64,000 nucleotides of DNA, from the NCBI GenBank assembly GCA_964016885.1, contig OZ024747.1:25730001-25794000 (forward strand), in the 5' to 3' direction. Each line of letters starts with the position of its first letter. Position 1 is the stretch's first letter. The DNA comes from Eledone cirrhosa. Taxonomy: Eukaryota. This document shows positions 15,060 to 28,531 of this stretch, piece by piece. The notes beneath the pieces were generated by a model. The model saw only the letters and a list, made by a program, of their open reading frames with translations, was not told where the DNA came from and ran no database searches. The position numbers and the translations under genes were made by a program.

Positions 15060-18000
15060 AGTTTGCTGCCCTCCTCTTCTTACCTAGTGACACAATAAAT
15101 GAATCCTTGGTTCCGGAGAGGGACCTCATTAAATTTGGAAGGGAATGCCCACAAACAATCCAAGTAGATAGCGTATATGTCTTATGCAAAGACGACAACA
15201 ACACATACCTGGGGAAATAGATATATATTCCTTACACAACCCTACTCAACAACTAAATACAACAAATGTAAACTATCAAAACCGCCCCAGGAAAAATGCA
15301 GTTACTCAATAAAATTAAAGCCCACTCATGTTTGGAACCCACTAATTTTCATAACAATAACTGAGTGATTATAATAAGCATTTTCTCTCTCTCTCTCACT
15401 GTGTCCATGTGATGGTACATGGCTTAGTTGTTTGAGTATTTTGGTTTACTATCACAAGTTCAAGAGTTGAATTCTTGGCTGCACACACACACATATATAT
15501 AATACCTTTACCCTACATATAATAATAATAATATACCTTGTGGTATTTGTTTATGGTCTTCATATTCTATTTTCAAATCTTACCATGTTCAACTTTGCTA
15601 TTCATATTTCCGCAGTTGATAAAATAAAGTATAAGTCAATACTTGGGTCAATTTAACCAACAGTGGTGCTCTCCACATAAGCTTTGGGCTTTCCTTAAAG
15701 GCCCCACTCGGTCACGAATGACCATGGTTTTGCACCTAGAAAGTTTCCCTCCAAGGCACAAGCCTGGGCAAAGTTTGTTTTGTGGAAGACCAGTAGTCGC
15801 CTATGCATACCAGTATCCCCTCTCCACACCACCGATGTCTAAGGGAAAGGCAATGACTGATACAGCTTGGCACCAGTGACATCGCAACTCATTTCTACAG
15901 CTGAGTAAACTGGAGCAACGTGAAATAAAGTGCCTTACTCAAGGACACAACGCATCACCCGATCCAAGAGTCAAACTCATAACCTCTCAATTGCAAGCCC
16001 AATGCTCTAACCACTAAGCCTTTGGGCTTATATAAGAAATTATTAGGGTCATGGATTAGCAGAGTTGTTAGAGCGTTAGATAAAATGCTTTGTGGTATAC
16101 CTTCTGTCATTTTAGTTTGCCTTTCATCTTTAAAAGCTTGATAAACTAAAGCAACGGTCGCCAATCTTTTGGACCTCACAGACCACTAAATTCATAATTT
16201 TAAATCCCGTAGATCACTAATATGAATTTTTTTTAAAAAGATAAATACATTTGTAAAATAATGATCAGAAAACTTCCATTTTATTAATATGAAATGCACC
16301 TATTAAATATAAAAAATTCTAAATCCTTATTTAATTATAACAAAATTATGGATGCCTATGTAATCATAACAAAATCTTTAAAGTAAATAATGTCCAAATT
16401 TTTCTGCAGGCCACCAAAATTTTCTCTCGGACCACCGGTTGGTGACCGCTGAACTAAAGTATCAGTCAAGTACTAGGGCCAATTAAATTGACCTTCACCT
16501 ACACTGCAAAAATTGTTGACCTTGTGACTAAATTAGAAATTATTATTTCTTTTAGTGAGAGGGTGGCAGATGGGTAAAAGCTTTGCAGCATTTAGTTAGA
16601 TTCTGAGTTCAAATATTGCAAATGTCAGCTTTGCTTTCCATCCTTCTTGGCACGATAAAATAAGTACCAGTAAAGTACTGGAGTCAATTTAATCAACATT
16701 CTCTTCCTCCCATATTACTGGCCTTATGCCTAAATTAAAAACATATTTCTGTTAGTGGGAGTCATCTATTATTATCTTTGGAAACAAGTTACAGTGTGTC
16801 CTATTACTAAAAGAGATGATTATTTAAACCCAGTTAACTAGCAACAGACTAACCAGCCAACCAAACATCCTCACTTGTGACATCTCACATCTCAAAGTTA
16901 ATGGAAACATCTGTCAACCATCACATCCTTCAACACCTTGAGTCTCTCTTTCTTCTGATTCTATCTGAAGATTTTATGTTAATACTGTGCAATACTCAGC
17001 TACTTATAATATAATTTAATGATCAAACAACTGTAACATTTGTTCATTGAAATTGACTGGAGTGTTCATCATGCACACACAAACATACACACAGACACAG
17101 ACACATCTGTGTGTGTGTGTTTATATATATATATATATAACTGAACAAAAAGGAAAAACGAACAGAGATATATATATATGTGTTCAAATCGTAATGGACC
17201 AAAATCGCAGAGCTCCAACCAGACAGAGAGTAACCTGGTGGTGGAACAGCACAGTAGATAAGGCTATTAGAGACAAAAGACTAGCATGGAAGGCTTGGAA
17301 AAAGGGTGGGAGTAGGGAAGAATATACAGCCACTAAGAGAGAAGCTAGACGTCAGGTGTACTTAGCACGCAGGGAGGCAGAGAGTAGGAGGTTTGCCAAT
17401 GTTCTGCGACGGGAAGATCAGAGGCGTGCGGTGTTCCACATTGCAAGGCAGTGTGTCAATGCAAATCAGGATGTTGTTGGAGATAAATGTGTCCGGGATG
17501 ATGCCGGTGTACTTAGTGTCACGAATGATCAGAAAAAGGAGGCCTGGAAATGTCATTATGAGAGACTGATGAATGTGGAGAACGAATGCGAGAGAGAGAA
17601 ATTACCCTTGGTAGATCCGACAGAGGGACCAGCTATTGAGATTGACGAATATAGGGTCCAAGAGGCGATTAGGGAAATGAAAAATGGTAAGGCGGCCGGA
17701 CCATTGGGAATAGTTGCTGAGATGCTGAAGGCATCAGGGGACGTAGGCACTAAACTGGTTGCACGCATCATCATGGTGGTGTCATACCCAAAGACTGGTG
17801 CAGCAGTATTCTCATAAATTGCTACAAAGGTAAAGGGGATGCTTTGGAGAGGAGCAATTATAGGGGTATAAAACTGATAGATCAGGTTATGAAAGTGGCA
17901 GAAAGGATTTTAGCACAACTAATTAGAGAAAGGGTCAAACTAGATGAGATGCAGTTTGGTTTTGTGCCTGGGAAGAGTACAACAGATGCCCTCTTCTTGG

Positions 18001-20557
18001 TGAGACAAATGCAAGAGAGGTTCTTAGAGAAGAATAAGTCACTATACTTAGCCTTTGTTGACCTAGAGAAGGCCTTTGATAGGGTACCCCGATCTGTCAT
18101 CTGGTGGTCCCTAAGGAAGCTAGGTGTTGAGGAATGGCTTGTGAGGACAGTGCAAACTTTGTACAGAGGTACTCTCAGTAAAGTCAGGGTAGGAATGGAG
18201 TTTAGTGAGGAATTCCAGATACAAGTAGGAGTACATCAGGGCTCGGTCCTCAGCCCGCTCCTGTTCATTATAGTCCTCCAAGCCATAACAGAGGAGTTTA
18301 AGACTGGCTGTCCATGGGAACTTCTCTATGCTGACGATCTGGTTCTTATAGCAGAATCAGTAGAGGAGCTAGAGAATAAATTCTGGCTATGGAAACAGCA
18401 GTTGGAAGCAAGAGGACTGAGAGTGAATCTAGCCAAGACAAAAGTGTTGATGAGTAGAAAAAAAGGACAAAACCCTGATTCCGTCAGGGAAATGGCCATG
18501 TTCGATATGCAGAAAAGGAACTGGCATAAATTCTATAAAATGCACACAATGCAGATCCTGGGTACACAAGAGATGTAGCGGGATAGCAGGCAAACTAACA
18601 GGTAGGGAGAAATATGTATGCAGTAGATGTACAGGGAAATTAGACAGTAGAAGTCGCACTGATAGACACATTTTTCAAATGCAAGAGGGCGCTATAGAAG
18701 TGGTGGATAGCTTCCGGTACCTAGGAGATCAGATTAGCATGGGAGGAGGGTGTTCCGAGGCCATAGTATCTAGAATAAGGACGGGTTGGAAGAAGTTTAG
18801 GGAGCTGCTTCCTCTGTTGATGAAGAAGGGTTTCTCCCTGTGTACGAAAGGCCGGTTGTATGATGCCTGTGTGAGGAGCGCGATGCTGCATGGTAGTGAG
18901 ACATGGGCAGCAACTGCAGGGGATATGCGACGGCTGGAGAGAAATGAGGCAAGCTTGCTCCATTGGATGTGCAGTGTAAATGTGCGTGAACGACCCAGCA
19001 TAAATGTGTTGAGAGAGAAACTGTGTCTGAGAGGGATAGAATGTAGTGTACGGGAGAGGAGACTGAGGTGGTATGGACATGTGATGCGCATGGAGGATGA
19101 CCGATGGGTGAAGAAGTGCCAGGAAATGCCAGTTGAAGGAAGACGTGGTAGAGGTAGACCACGAAAAACATGGGCGGAGGTGGTGAGAACAGACCTCAGA
19201 TCATTGAAGCTCACGGTGGAGATGACGAGGGACCGTGACGAGTGGAGAGATGCTGTGCTGAATAAGACCCGTCCCACCCTTGCAAGCAGGGAAAAGCGGA
19301 CGTAAAATGATGATGATGATGATGATAGTATATATATATATATATAGTATATATATATATAGTATATATATATATAGTATATATATATATATATATAGTA
19401 TATATATATATATATTGTAGGAATCCTATAATGAAACGAGACGTCCATCTGGGAAGAGATATATTCGATATGTCTCATATGAAATAATACAGCCAATTTT
19501 CCATGCAATACTTTTAGTTAGAACCCCGAACGCTTAATTAGGAATATAATCACTTATTTCCTAATGTTTGTTGAGTGAGTTCGAATTTGGCTGGAGTATC
19601 GCTAAAAAGCTTTCTCCGATATTGTATTTATTTATTTACTCTTGGTCCAACAGATTTGAAATTCCCGGTATAAGGTTAGCCTTTCTTTGTTTATTTTTTT
19701 ATATATGAATATTGATTGTTCCTTGTATCTCATTCTGTTATTTTGCCCGAGAAAATATTTGTGTGTCATCAAACGTTGTACACACATAGATATTTTTTCA
19801 ATTTCCAATTGAGTTCTAGCACGTGGCCTGAATTCCTTTTAGAGTTCATTGTCATGCGCATGTATTGTTTTTTTTTTTGCGGTAATTTACTTCCTCATTT
19901 TTGAATCAGTTTGAGCATTTCTTTAGAACTGCTGGACTGGCAACCTGACAGATACCTCAGGTACTGACGATGATTATCGCTAAATGCTGATGTTGATTAG
20001 ACTATCAATATTATTATTATTGGGGCACCCACTGATGAATTATAGGAGCCCACTTGAATATATATCTATTGATGGTATACAAGCTCCTACATAAATTGGT
20101 ATAATTTCACCAAAATTATAGGAATCCTATGATGAAACGAGACGTCCGTCTGGGAAGAGATATATTCGATATGTCCCATATGAAATAATACAGCCAATTT
20201 TCCACGCAATACTTTTAGTTAGCACCCCAAACGCTTAATTAGGAATATAATCACTTATTTCCTAATGTTTGTTGAGTGAGTTGGAATTTGGCCGGAGTAT
20301 CGCTAAAAAGCTTTCTCTGGTATTGTATTTATATATATATATATAGTTTTGATAGCGCTAGTCTGTAATTTAAATTCAGGAATTTTATATTCTTTGAATG
20401 AAAAGAACCTTCTGACGAGAATCTTTCTTTGCAACGAAGGCCGTATGGTCTCCGTTTTATTTTTGGGATTCGAAACCGATCGGTAAAGGTAACTATAGTA
20501 GGTAAAGTCAATTTTTTAAAATTTATTTTGAAACTTTTTCATTATTTGCTAAACCTT

Positions 20558-20593
<36 letters not shown>

Positions 20594-20803
20594 TATATAT
20601 ATATATATAGTATATATATATATATATAGTATATATATATATATATAGTATATATATATATATAGTATATATATATATATATAGTATATATATATATATA
20701 TATATATATAGTATATGACGGCTTGCACTCTGCCGTCGGGGTTAAACATTTTCCTATATATATAGTATATATATATATATATATAGTATATATACATATA
20801 TAG

Positions 20804-20874
<71 letters not shown>

Positions 20875-23800
20875 TGCCCCAGCATGGCCTCAGCCGGATG
20901 GCTGAAACAGGTAAAAGAGAGGTAAAAGAGTAATATATGATAGAATATATGATCCTACTTAGAAATCCGTATATTCTCTAAGCATCCCACCTATATCCCT
21001 TTTTTCTTACTCCTTTGTGTTCTATTCCATTCCCTGACTCTGACTGAGAGCCGAAACAAATACCCCAAAGCATTCAATCCGACATTCTAACAACTCTGCC
21101 AATTCACCACCTTCCTATATGCTATAATACAGCTTAATAATATTTTTTCCATTTACTTTATTCTTGACATTTAATATATTGAAACACGTGTAAGACTAAT
21201 AGAAATGTCTTGAAATCCTTCATAATTCTTGTACTTATTATTTGAATCTATCTTCCCTTAGACTCATACAATGTTCTGTATTTGCTTACACAAAGTTTTG
21301 ATTCCTGATTCCATATGAATTACACCTTGGATGAACTTATTTGTTCTATTTACTGATTGTAGAACCACATTGAGCTTAAAATTTCTTTGGCATGACATTA
21401 CCATTTTCACCTTTCAAAGGCTTACCTTTATTACATATTTTCACACACATATATATATAGAAACATGCATGTATACACATATATGAATTTTCTTTCTTTC
21501 TCTATTGTCAGAAAGAACTTTTCATCTACGCCTAAATATACCCAGATTTTAATACATTTATAAAGCTTTTCTGATGTACTACAGACAATCTCTGACATAG
21601 AATTAATACTCCTTGCAGCTGATAGGATAATTGAAAATAGATCAACACAAAATATAGTACCCAAAATTATCTCCACAATATCACTATCCATACTATACTA
21701 TACTAACCATAGTAATATTAGAAATAACACTATTAGGGAAAATACAATTGAGGTTACTAATATAACTGGACCTTGGGACAATACACAGGATACAGTTGGT
21801 AGCATGAATAAAGATATAACTGTATAGGCCTTAGAACTTAATATAGACAGAATTCTCCCCATATATATATAAATAAATTTGAATTTGTGCTCCAAAATAG
21901 CAATATACATATGAATGTACACATTATATAGTCAATAATATATGGGATGTTTATGAAAAACATTTTGAAGGACTTTTGCTATAAATTTTAAGATTGTGAC
22001 AAACGTCACATACCTAGCTTCAGCAAAATCAGTGGGAAGCAATCAATGATGCCACTCTTTCTTGTTTATAAGTGGTTATCAAGACTATATATCTCCTTGC
22101 TTCTGCAGAAGCTAAACTTAGCTGGGTTCTTATCAAGTTCTGCATATGTTTATGAGCTGATGAAACTCATTTGCATACAGAGCACTAGCTGGCCTGGCAT
22201 AAATAAAAATTTGCATTGGTGCTCCGAAATAGTGATATACATTTGAATGTATGTATTGTATATTTAATAATATATGGGATGTTTATAAAATCATCACAGA
22301 TATATATCATCTGCCTGCCACTCACCTTCTGGATTGTCTCTTTGTTGACCACTGGCTGTAGGTCCCTGTCCTCTGAGGTATATTTGCCCATCACTGTCTT
22401 TTACAGCATTTATCTGTTTTAATGGCTGAGTGATGAGTTTTCTCATTTTTATATGTATTCAAATACACTCTCGCTTCGTCTCGATCAGAGACAACATTGT
22501 TTTTTCATTTATATATATATATCATCATCATCATCATTTCATTTTACTTTCGCTTTTTCCCTGCTTGCAAGGGTGGGACGGGAACTGATTTTGGCTTGAT
22601 TTCTACAGCTGGATGCCCTTCCTAACACCAATCTCATTTACAGTGAGTGCTGGGTGCTTTTTTGCCGTGGCACCTCCACGACCACTTTGCAGTGGAATGA
22701 TAGGGACCCCAGTCCCTATCATCTCATTTCTACAGCTGAGTAAACTGGAGCAATGTGAAATAAAGTGTCTTGCTCAAGGAAACAACACATCACCTGGTCT
22801 GAGAATTGAACTCACAACCTTTCGATTGCAAGGCCAATGCTCTAACCACTAAGCCTCATACATCTATATACATATATATATATACACAGTACGTCCACTT
22901 TTTACATGAAGATATGTTTATGAATGCGGCACGTAAAGCAAATTCGAATAATTCAAGTTGCTTATTTATGATAAATAAAAGAATTAAAAACCACGTGTGT
23001 TATAGCGCATTATTCGTGTAAATAGTTAATAATATTTTTTCAAGATGCCTTAAAGCAAATTTGTGTACTTCAAGTTCATGTAAAAAGTGAACTGACTATA
23101 TATATATATGTATGTATGTATATATTATATGTATAGATATATATATATATGTGTGTGTGTTTTTAAATATTTATTTTACAGAGAACAGTCATCCCCCTAG
23201 ACAGTGCCGTCAACAGTTTCTCTCAGGTGTGAGAATAGTTGACTTAACAAGGTAACTACATTCTTCTTTCACTGTAAACACCTGGTAGTTTTAGTGTTGG
23301 AGCAATACTGAATACATCAATTCTAAATTAACCCCTTAATTGCCATATTTCTGGTGAGATATGTTGCATATGTTTTCTGATTATTTGAAAATAATAAAAA
23401 AATAATTTGGAGGGATTTAAAAAATAAGTAATTTTGTTGTTAGCCTTTAAAATCCTATACCACATGAAATCACATTAGCAAATATTCTGGAGAAGTACGA
23501 AAGGACACTGTAACTGCATCACATTTAAAACTTAGTCTTTACTCTAATATTACAAATTTGCACACCAATCTGTTCATTAGTAAATATACTATAAACATTT
23601 CAATTAACAAACCCATTTTCAGATATTTTCTGCTAAAGGATGTTAACAGATGATAATGCTGCACTTTTTCACAAGGTTTTATTCCCTAGTAAAGATATAA
23701 TATTGTTGTAAGCTGGTGTTTGGAACAAAATATTCTGAGAAAAAAAAGTATAATGGGCAGTTTTAATTTTGGGCAAATGCATTTGATGTTCAGCAAGTGG

Positions 23801-25575
23801 GATTGCCCCTGTGCAAAGCCTTTCCTCACTTAAAAAAGCTTCAAGCACAGGTATAGCTTGATATTTTTTGTGATATTTTTTGTGATGCATAGAATTGCTG
23901 GCCATAGGCAAGTCCCTAGCAGGACTAAAAAGCCACGTCTGTGATGCTCATGTTTAAGTATCAAGCGATGGCATTACTCGAAATCAAGTTGTAGCCATCA
24001 TCATGTATGTATAAATGTATGTGCATGTGTTGGTGTGTGGATGTGTATGCATGAGATTGTGCTTTTGAAAACCAGTATCAAATTTTTAGTATGAATGTGA
24101 GTGTTTATGTATATGTGTGTATGGTTGTATGTATGTTTGTGTGATTGTGTATGTGTGTCTGTTTGTGTATGTGTGTATTTGTGTGACTGTATGTGTGTCT
24201 GTTTGTATATGTGTGTGACTGTGTATATGTGTGTTTGTGTGACTCAGTATGTCTTTGTGTGACTACATTGTGTGTCCCTATAGTTGTATGCATAGGAGGG
24301 TTGTGGCCTAGTGGTTAGGGATACTTAACCTAAGGTGGAGAGTTCTACTCCCAGTGGTGCATTGTGTCCTTGAACAAGACACTTTATTTCTTGTTGCACT
24401 TGTTGTACATATGATTCAAAGTGTCAGCCTTATCATACACTGTGTCATGCTGAATCTCGCTGAGAGCTATGCTAAGTGTATATGTGTCTGTGGAATGCTC
24501 AGCATCTTTCATCATTATCTTCATGAGCAGGGTATTCCATTGGTTGAACAACTGAAACACCTACCTTTGGAACAGAGGGATGTCTAACACACACACATGC
24601 ACTCACACACACACACATGCGTGCACCCGCACTCACACAGACAGACAGACACACATACACAAACACACACACACATGCACTCACACACACAGACAAACAC
24701 ACACATCACACACAAACACACGCGCACACTCACACACACATGCACACAAACACACCACATCAAACACAGACACACATCACACTCACACATATTCACACCC
24801 ACCCACGACACATGTAAGGTAGCAGTGTTGTGAAGGAGGGTGATATGGTGTGAAGGCAAGTGAAGGGGAGGAAGGAGATGCTGACATTTGAGATGAGAAG
24901 ATGGGAGAATATCAATTATGATATTAACAATTGAAGTTTGACCTTTGACCTTCTCGGAGCCCAATATCGAGTTGACATTCATTGTCCATCTGACAGAAAC
25001 AGTTAAAACAGATATTTGACTCTGTGTCTGTATGTGCATGTGTGTGTGTGTGTGTGTCTGTGTCTATCTGTCTGTGTGTGTGTCTGTGTGTGTGTTATAT
25101 TCTTGGTGCATATGTGACTAGCATTTGGGTGGTGTTTGTAATTGGTAACTTTGTGCATGCATGTGTGTGTATTGTGTGTGTGTGTATGTGTGTGTGGTAT
25201 GTGTGTGTGTATGCATGTGCTTGTGGGTATGTGTGTGTATGCATGTGTGTGTGGTATGTGTGTGTGCGTGTTTGGTGTGTGTATGTGTGTGTGTGTGTGC
25301 ATAGGTTTGTGTGTGTGTGTATGCATGTATGCATGTGCTTGTGGGTATATGTGTGTGTGTGCATAGGTTTGTGTGTATGCATGTATGCATGTGCTTGTGG
25401 GTATATGTGTGTGTGCAGTGTGTTTGTATATGTATGATGCTTAGTATATGTATATGTGTGTGATATTTGGTATGTATATCTGACTGAGTGTATATATGTG
25501 TGCAATGCTTGGTTTGCATATGTATATGTATGTGATGTTTGGTATATATATATATAAATATATATATATACATAT

Positions 25576-25637
<62 letters not shown>

Positions 25638-28496
25638 CTGATGCTTGATATGTATGTATGTATGTGTGTGTGATGGTTGGAATCTATAAGTGTGTGTTTG
25701 TGTGTATATGTATATATGTATGTGTGTATATGTATGTGAGTATTAGTATGTATGTGTGTATATGTGTGTGAGGTTTAGTATGTATATGTATGTGATGCTT
25801 CTTATGTATATGTGTACATGCATGAGATGTTTGATATATATGTCTATATATATGATGTTCGATATGTATGTGTGATACTTTGTCTCTCTCACTCTTCAAG
25901 GCCTTCCCTATTATGTCATTTGGTCTCTCAGAGTGTTGTTATTATGACAAAAAGCACCCAGTCCACCCTGTAAGGTAACTGTATAGAGGCCAAGACAAAA
26001 ATTACCCAATCCACACTATAAGGTGGTCATACTGACAAATTTAGTAGCACCGCGTTGTCTGCTAATTCCAGCTAACTGATCCTCAACCACTTGACACCAC
26101 TTCCAACTTGGCTGTGCATGTCAATCCTATTCATGAAGATTAAAAACTGCAGAGGTTACAATATGATAAATTCTTCATTATTTCCAAATTGAATTGAAGC
26201 ATATTGGCAGCGTCATTTATTAGAAATATGGTATCAAAATGGTTAATAGGAGTGATTTTTGCTCCTGTGATGATAAAAATGAAATTCTTGGGGGTGAAAG
26301 TGAAAGATAATTTAATTGAGGTGGCAGGAACAACAAATATATTCATGCACTGATTAAAACAAATTAAATTATTTTCAAATTGCTCATCAATAGCTTTGAA
26401 ACATGTTTTAGAGTTTGTATAATGTGTTGTGTGGAATTGACCAGTGGGAAATTCAATGGGGCAGGGATGGATGTTTGGCATTCAGAACACTCTCCCGCAC
26501 TTTAAAGGTGGTTACACATTCATGCACTACTCAGTTCTTGTATGTGTATGAAGTATAAGTGGGTTTTATTTTTGTCTTATTATTCATTAATCATTGTTAT
26601 TTCTTTGAGTACTGCCGTGCTTCTTAATTTTTACACTTGTTCCTTGATTGAAGTATAGAGACAATGGCTTCTCTAGTCACTTCTCTACTCACTTAATTGA
26701 ATCACTCAATTACTTTTTGTACTTTATACTTCTTAACATTATAATAGAGTTTCAAATGTTAAAAAAAACAATAAAGAAATTCATAGGTAAGCAATGCTAA
26801 CACATGTATATGATGCAAGACAGGCCTAGTCCTCAAGAATGAAGCTGCTTAAAATTAGTCTTCTGCTGCTAAGATGGTGATAGGATTATTATGTTTAGAA
26901 TGGTTTTAGTATGTTTTAGCTACTGAAATAGCACCATTAATTGTTTTAATTAAAAAAGTGTCCTGATGATTTACATGATTGTGATGAAATGACAACTTGT
27001 ATAATTAGCATCCTAATGGTCTCTAATTATGGCCCAAAGCTAGCAGTTTGGTAGAAGGGGAAAATTTAATTAAATCAATCCCAGTACGTGGTTGGAGCTA
27101 TATTTTATTGGCTTCTGATGGATGAAGGGCAAAATTGACCTTGATGAGTGTCCAAGGCTCATTAGTAATGTAAAGTGGAAAAAATGGTATTATTGTTTGG
27201 CAGTATCGGTAGAGGGTCGGACGCCATGCTTTCCAGCATAGTTACGTCCCTTTACGATCTGACTTCAAATCCCGCCGAGGTTGACTTTGCCTTTCATCCT
27301 TACGGGGTCGATAAAATAAAGTACCAGTAATGCACTGGGTAATTGCTGGTCCTGAGCCTAAAGTAGAAACAATTATTGTTATTATTATAATTATTTGAAA
27401 TTTTCTTTGAATTCTTCTTTCTCATATCATGCTGAGTGTCAATCTGACACATGAGGCAAATTTTGGTAATACACACATTTTACAATCAATTGCCGTACAA
27501 ATGATGTCATAAGGGCATAAAGAAAGTAAATGTCCTTCTCAGGACATGGACTGTGCCAGTGAGCACTATTTTCTGTATCTTGCAGAGATGGCTTTCCAGG
27601 TATCTGGTCCAAATATTTTTCAGTTTCCTTTTTTATCCTTCCAAGTGCACCTATTATCACTGGTATTGTACAGGCCTTAAGATGCCACATTCTCTTAATT
27701 TCAATTGTCAGATCTTTATATTAACTGACCTTTCGGAACTCTTTTGAGGAGATGTTACAATCTGATTAACATTATTGTTAATTGTTTAATCACGGTGACT
27801 TGGCAGTATCGGTAGAGGGTCGGACGCCATGCTTTGACGCATAGAGTTACGTCTGTTGCCCTTCTGAGTTCAAATCCCGCCGAGGTTAACTTTGCCTTTC
27901 ATCCTTGCGGGGTCGATAAAATAAAGTACCAGTAATGTACTGGGTAATTGTTGGCTTTGTGCCAATAGTAGGAACAATTATTGTTAATTGTTTTTGTTAT
28001 TGTGTATTTTTACTCGATTTTATTGTAAACTCCACTGTCCCTGTCTTTGTATTATTCCCTATATGTTGGCCCTTGTGACCAATAAATGAAACCATCTAAT
28101 AATAATTGTTTTTAGTATAGGCACAAGGCCAGTAATTAGGGGGGAGGGGAAAGTCGATTAAATCAACCCCAGTATGTTACTGGTGCTTTATTTTATCGAT
28201 CCCGTAAGGATGGAAGGCAAAGCTAACCTCGGCGGGATTTGAACTCGGACCGTAAAGGGCCGTAACTCTGTGCTGCAAAGCATGGTGTCCGTCGCTCTAC
28301 CGATACTACCAATCCACTGCCCTCCACCGTTTATAATAATAATAATTGTTTCTACTTTTTGCACAAGGCCAGCAATTATCCCAGTGTATTACTGGTACTT
28401 TATTTTATCGACCCCGTAAGGATGAAAGGCAAAGTTAACCTCGACGGGATTTGAACTCAGACTATAAAGCGCCCGATACTGCCAATCCACCGCCTT

Positions 28497-28531
<35 letters not shown>

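Noticed and set aside
22158-22195. CTGATGA followed by a small hairpin
   Set aside because: No GAAA or stem III follows, so it is not called a hammerhead.
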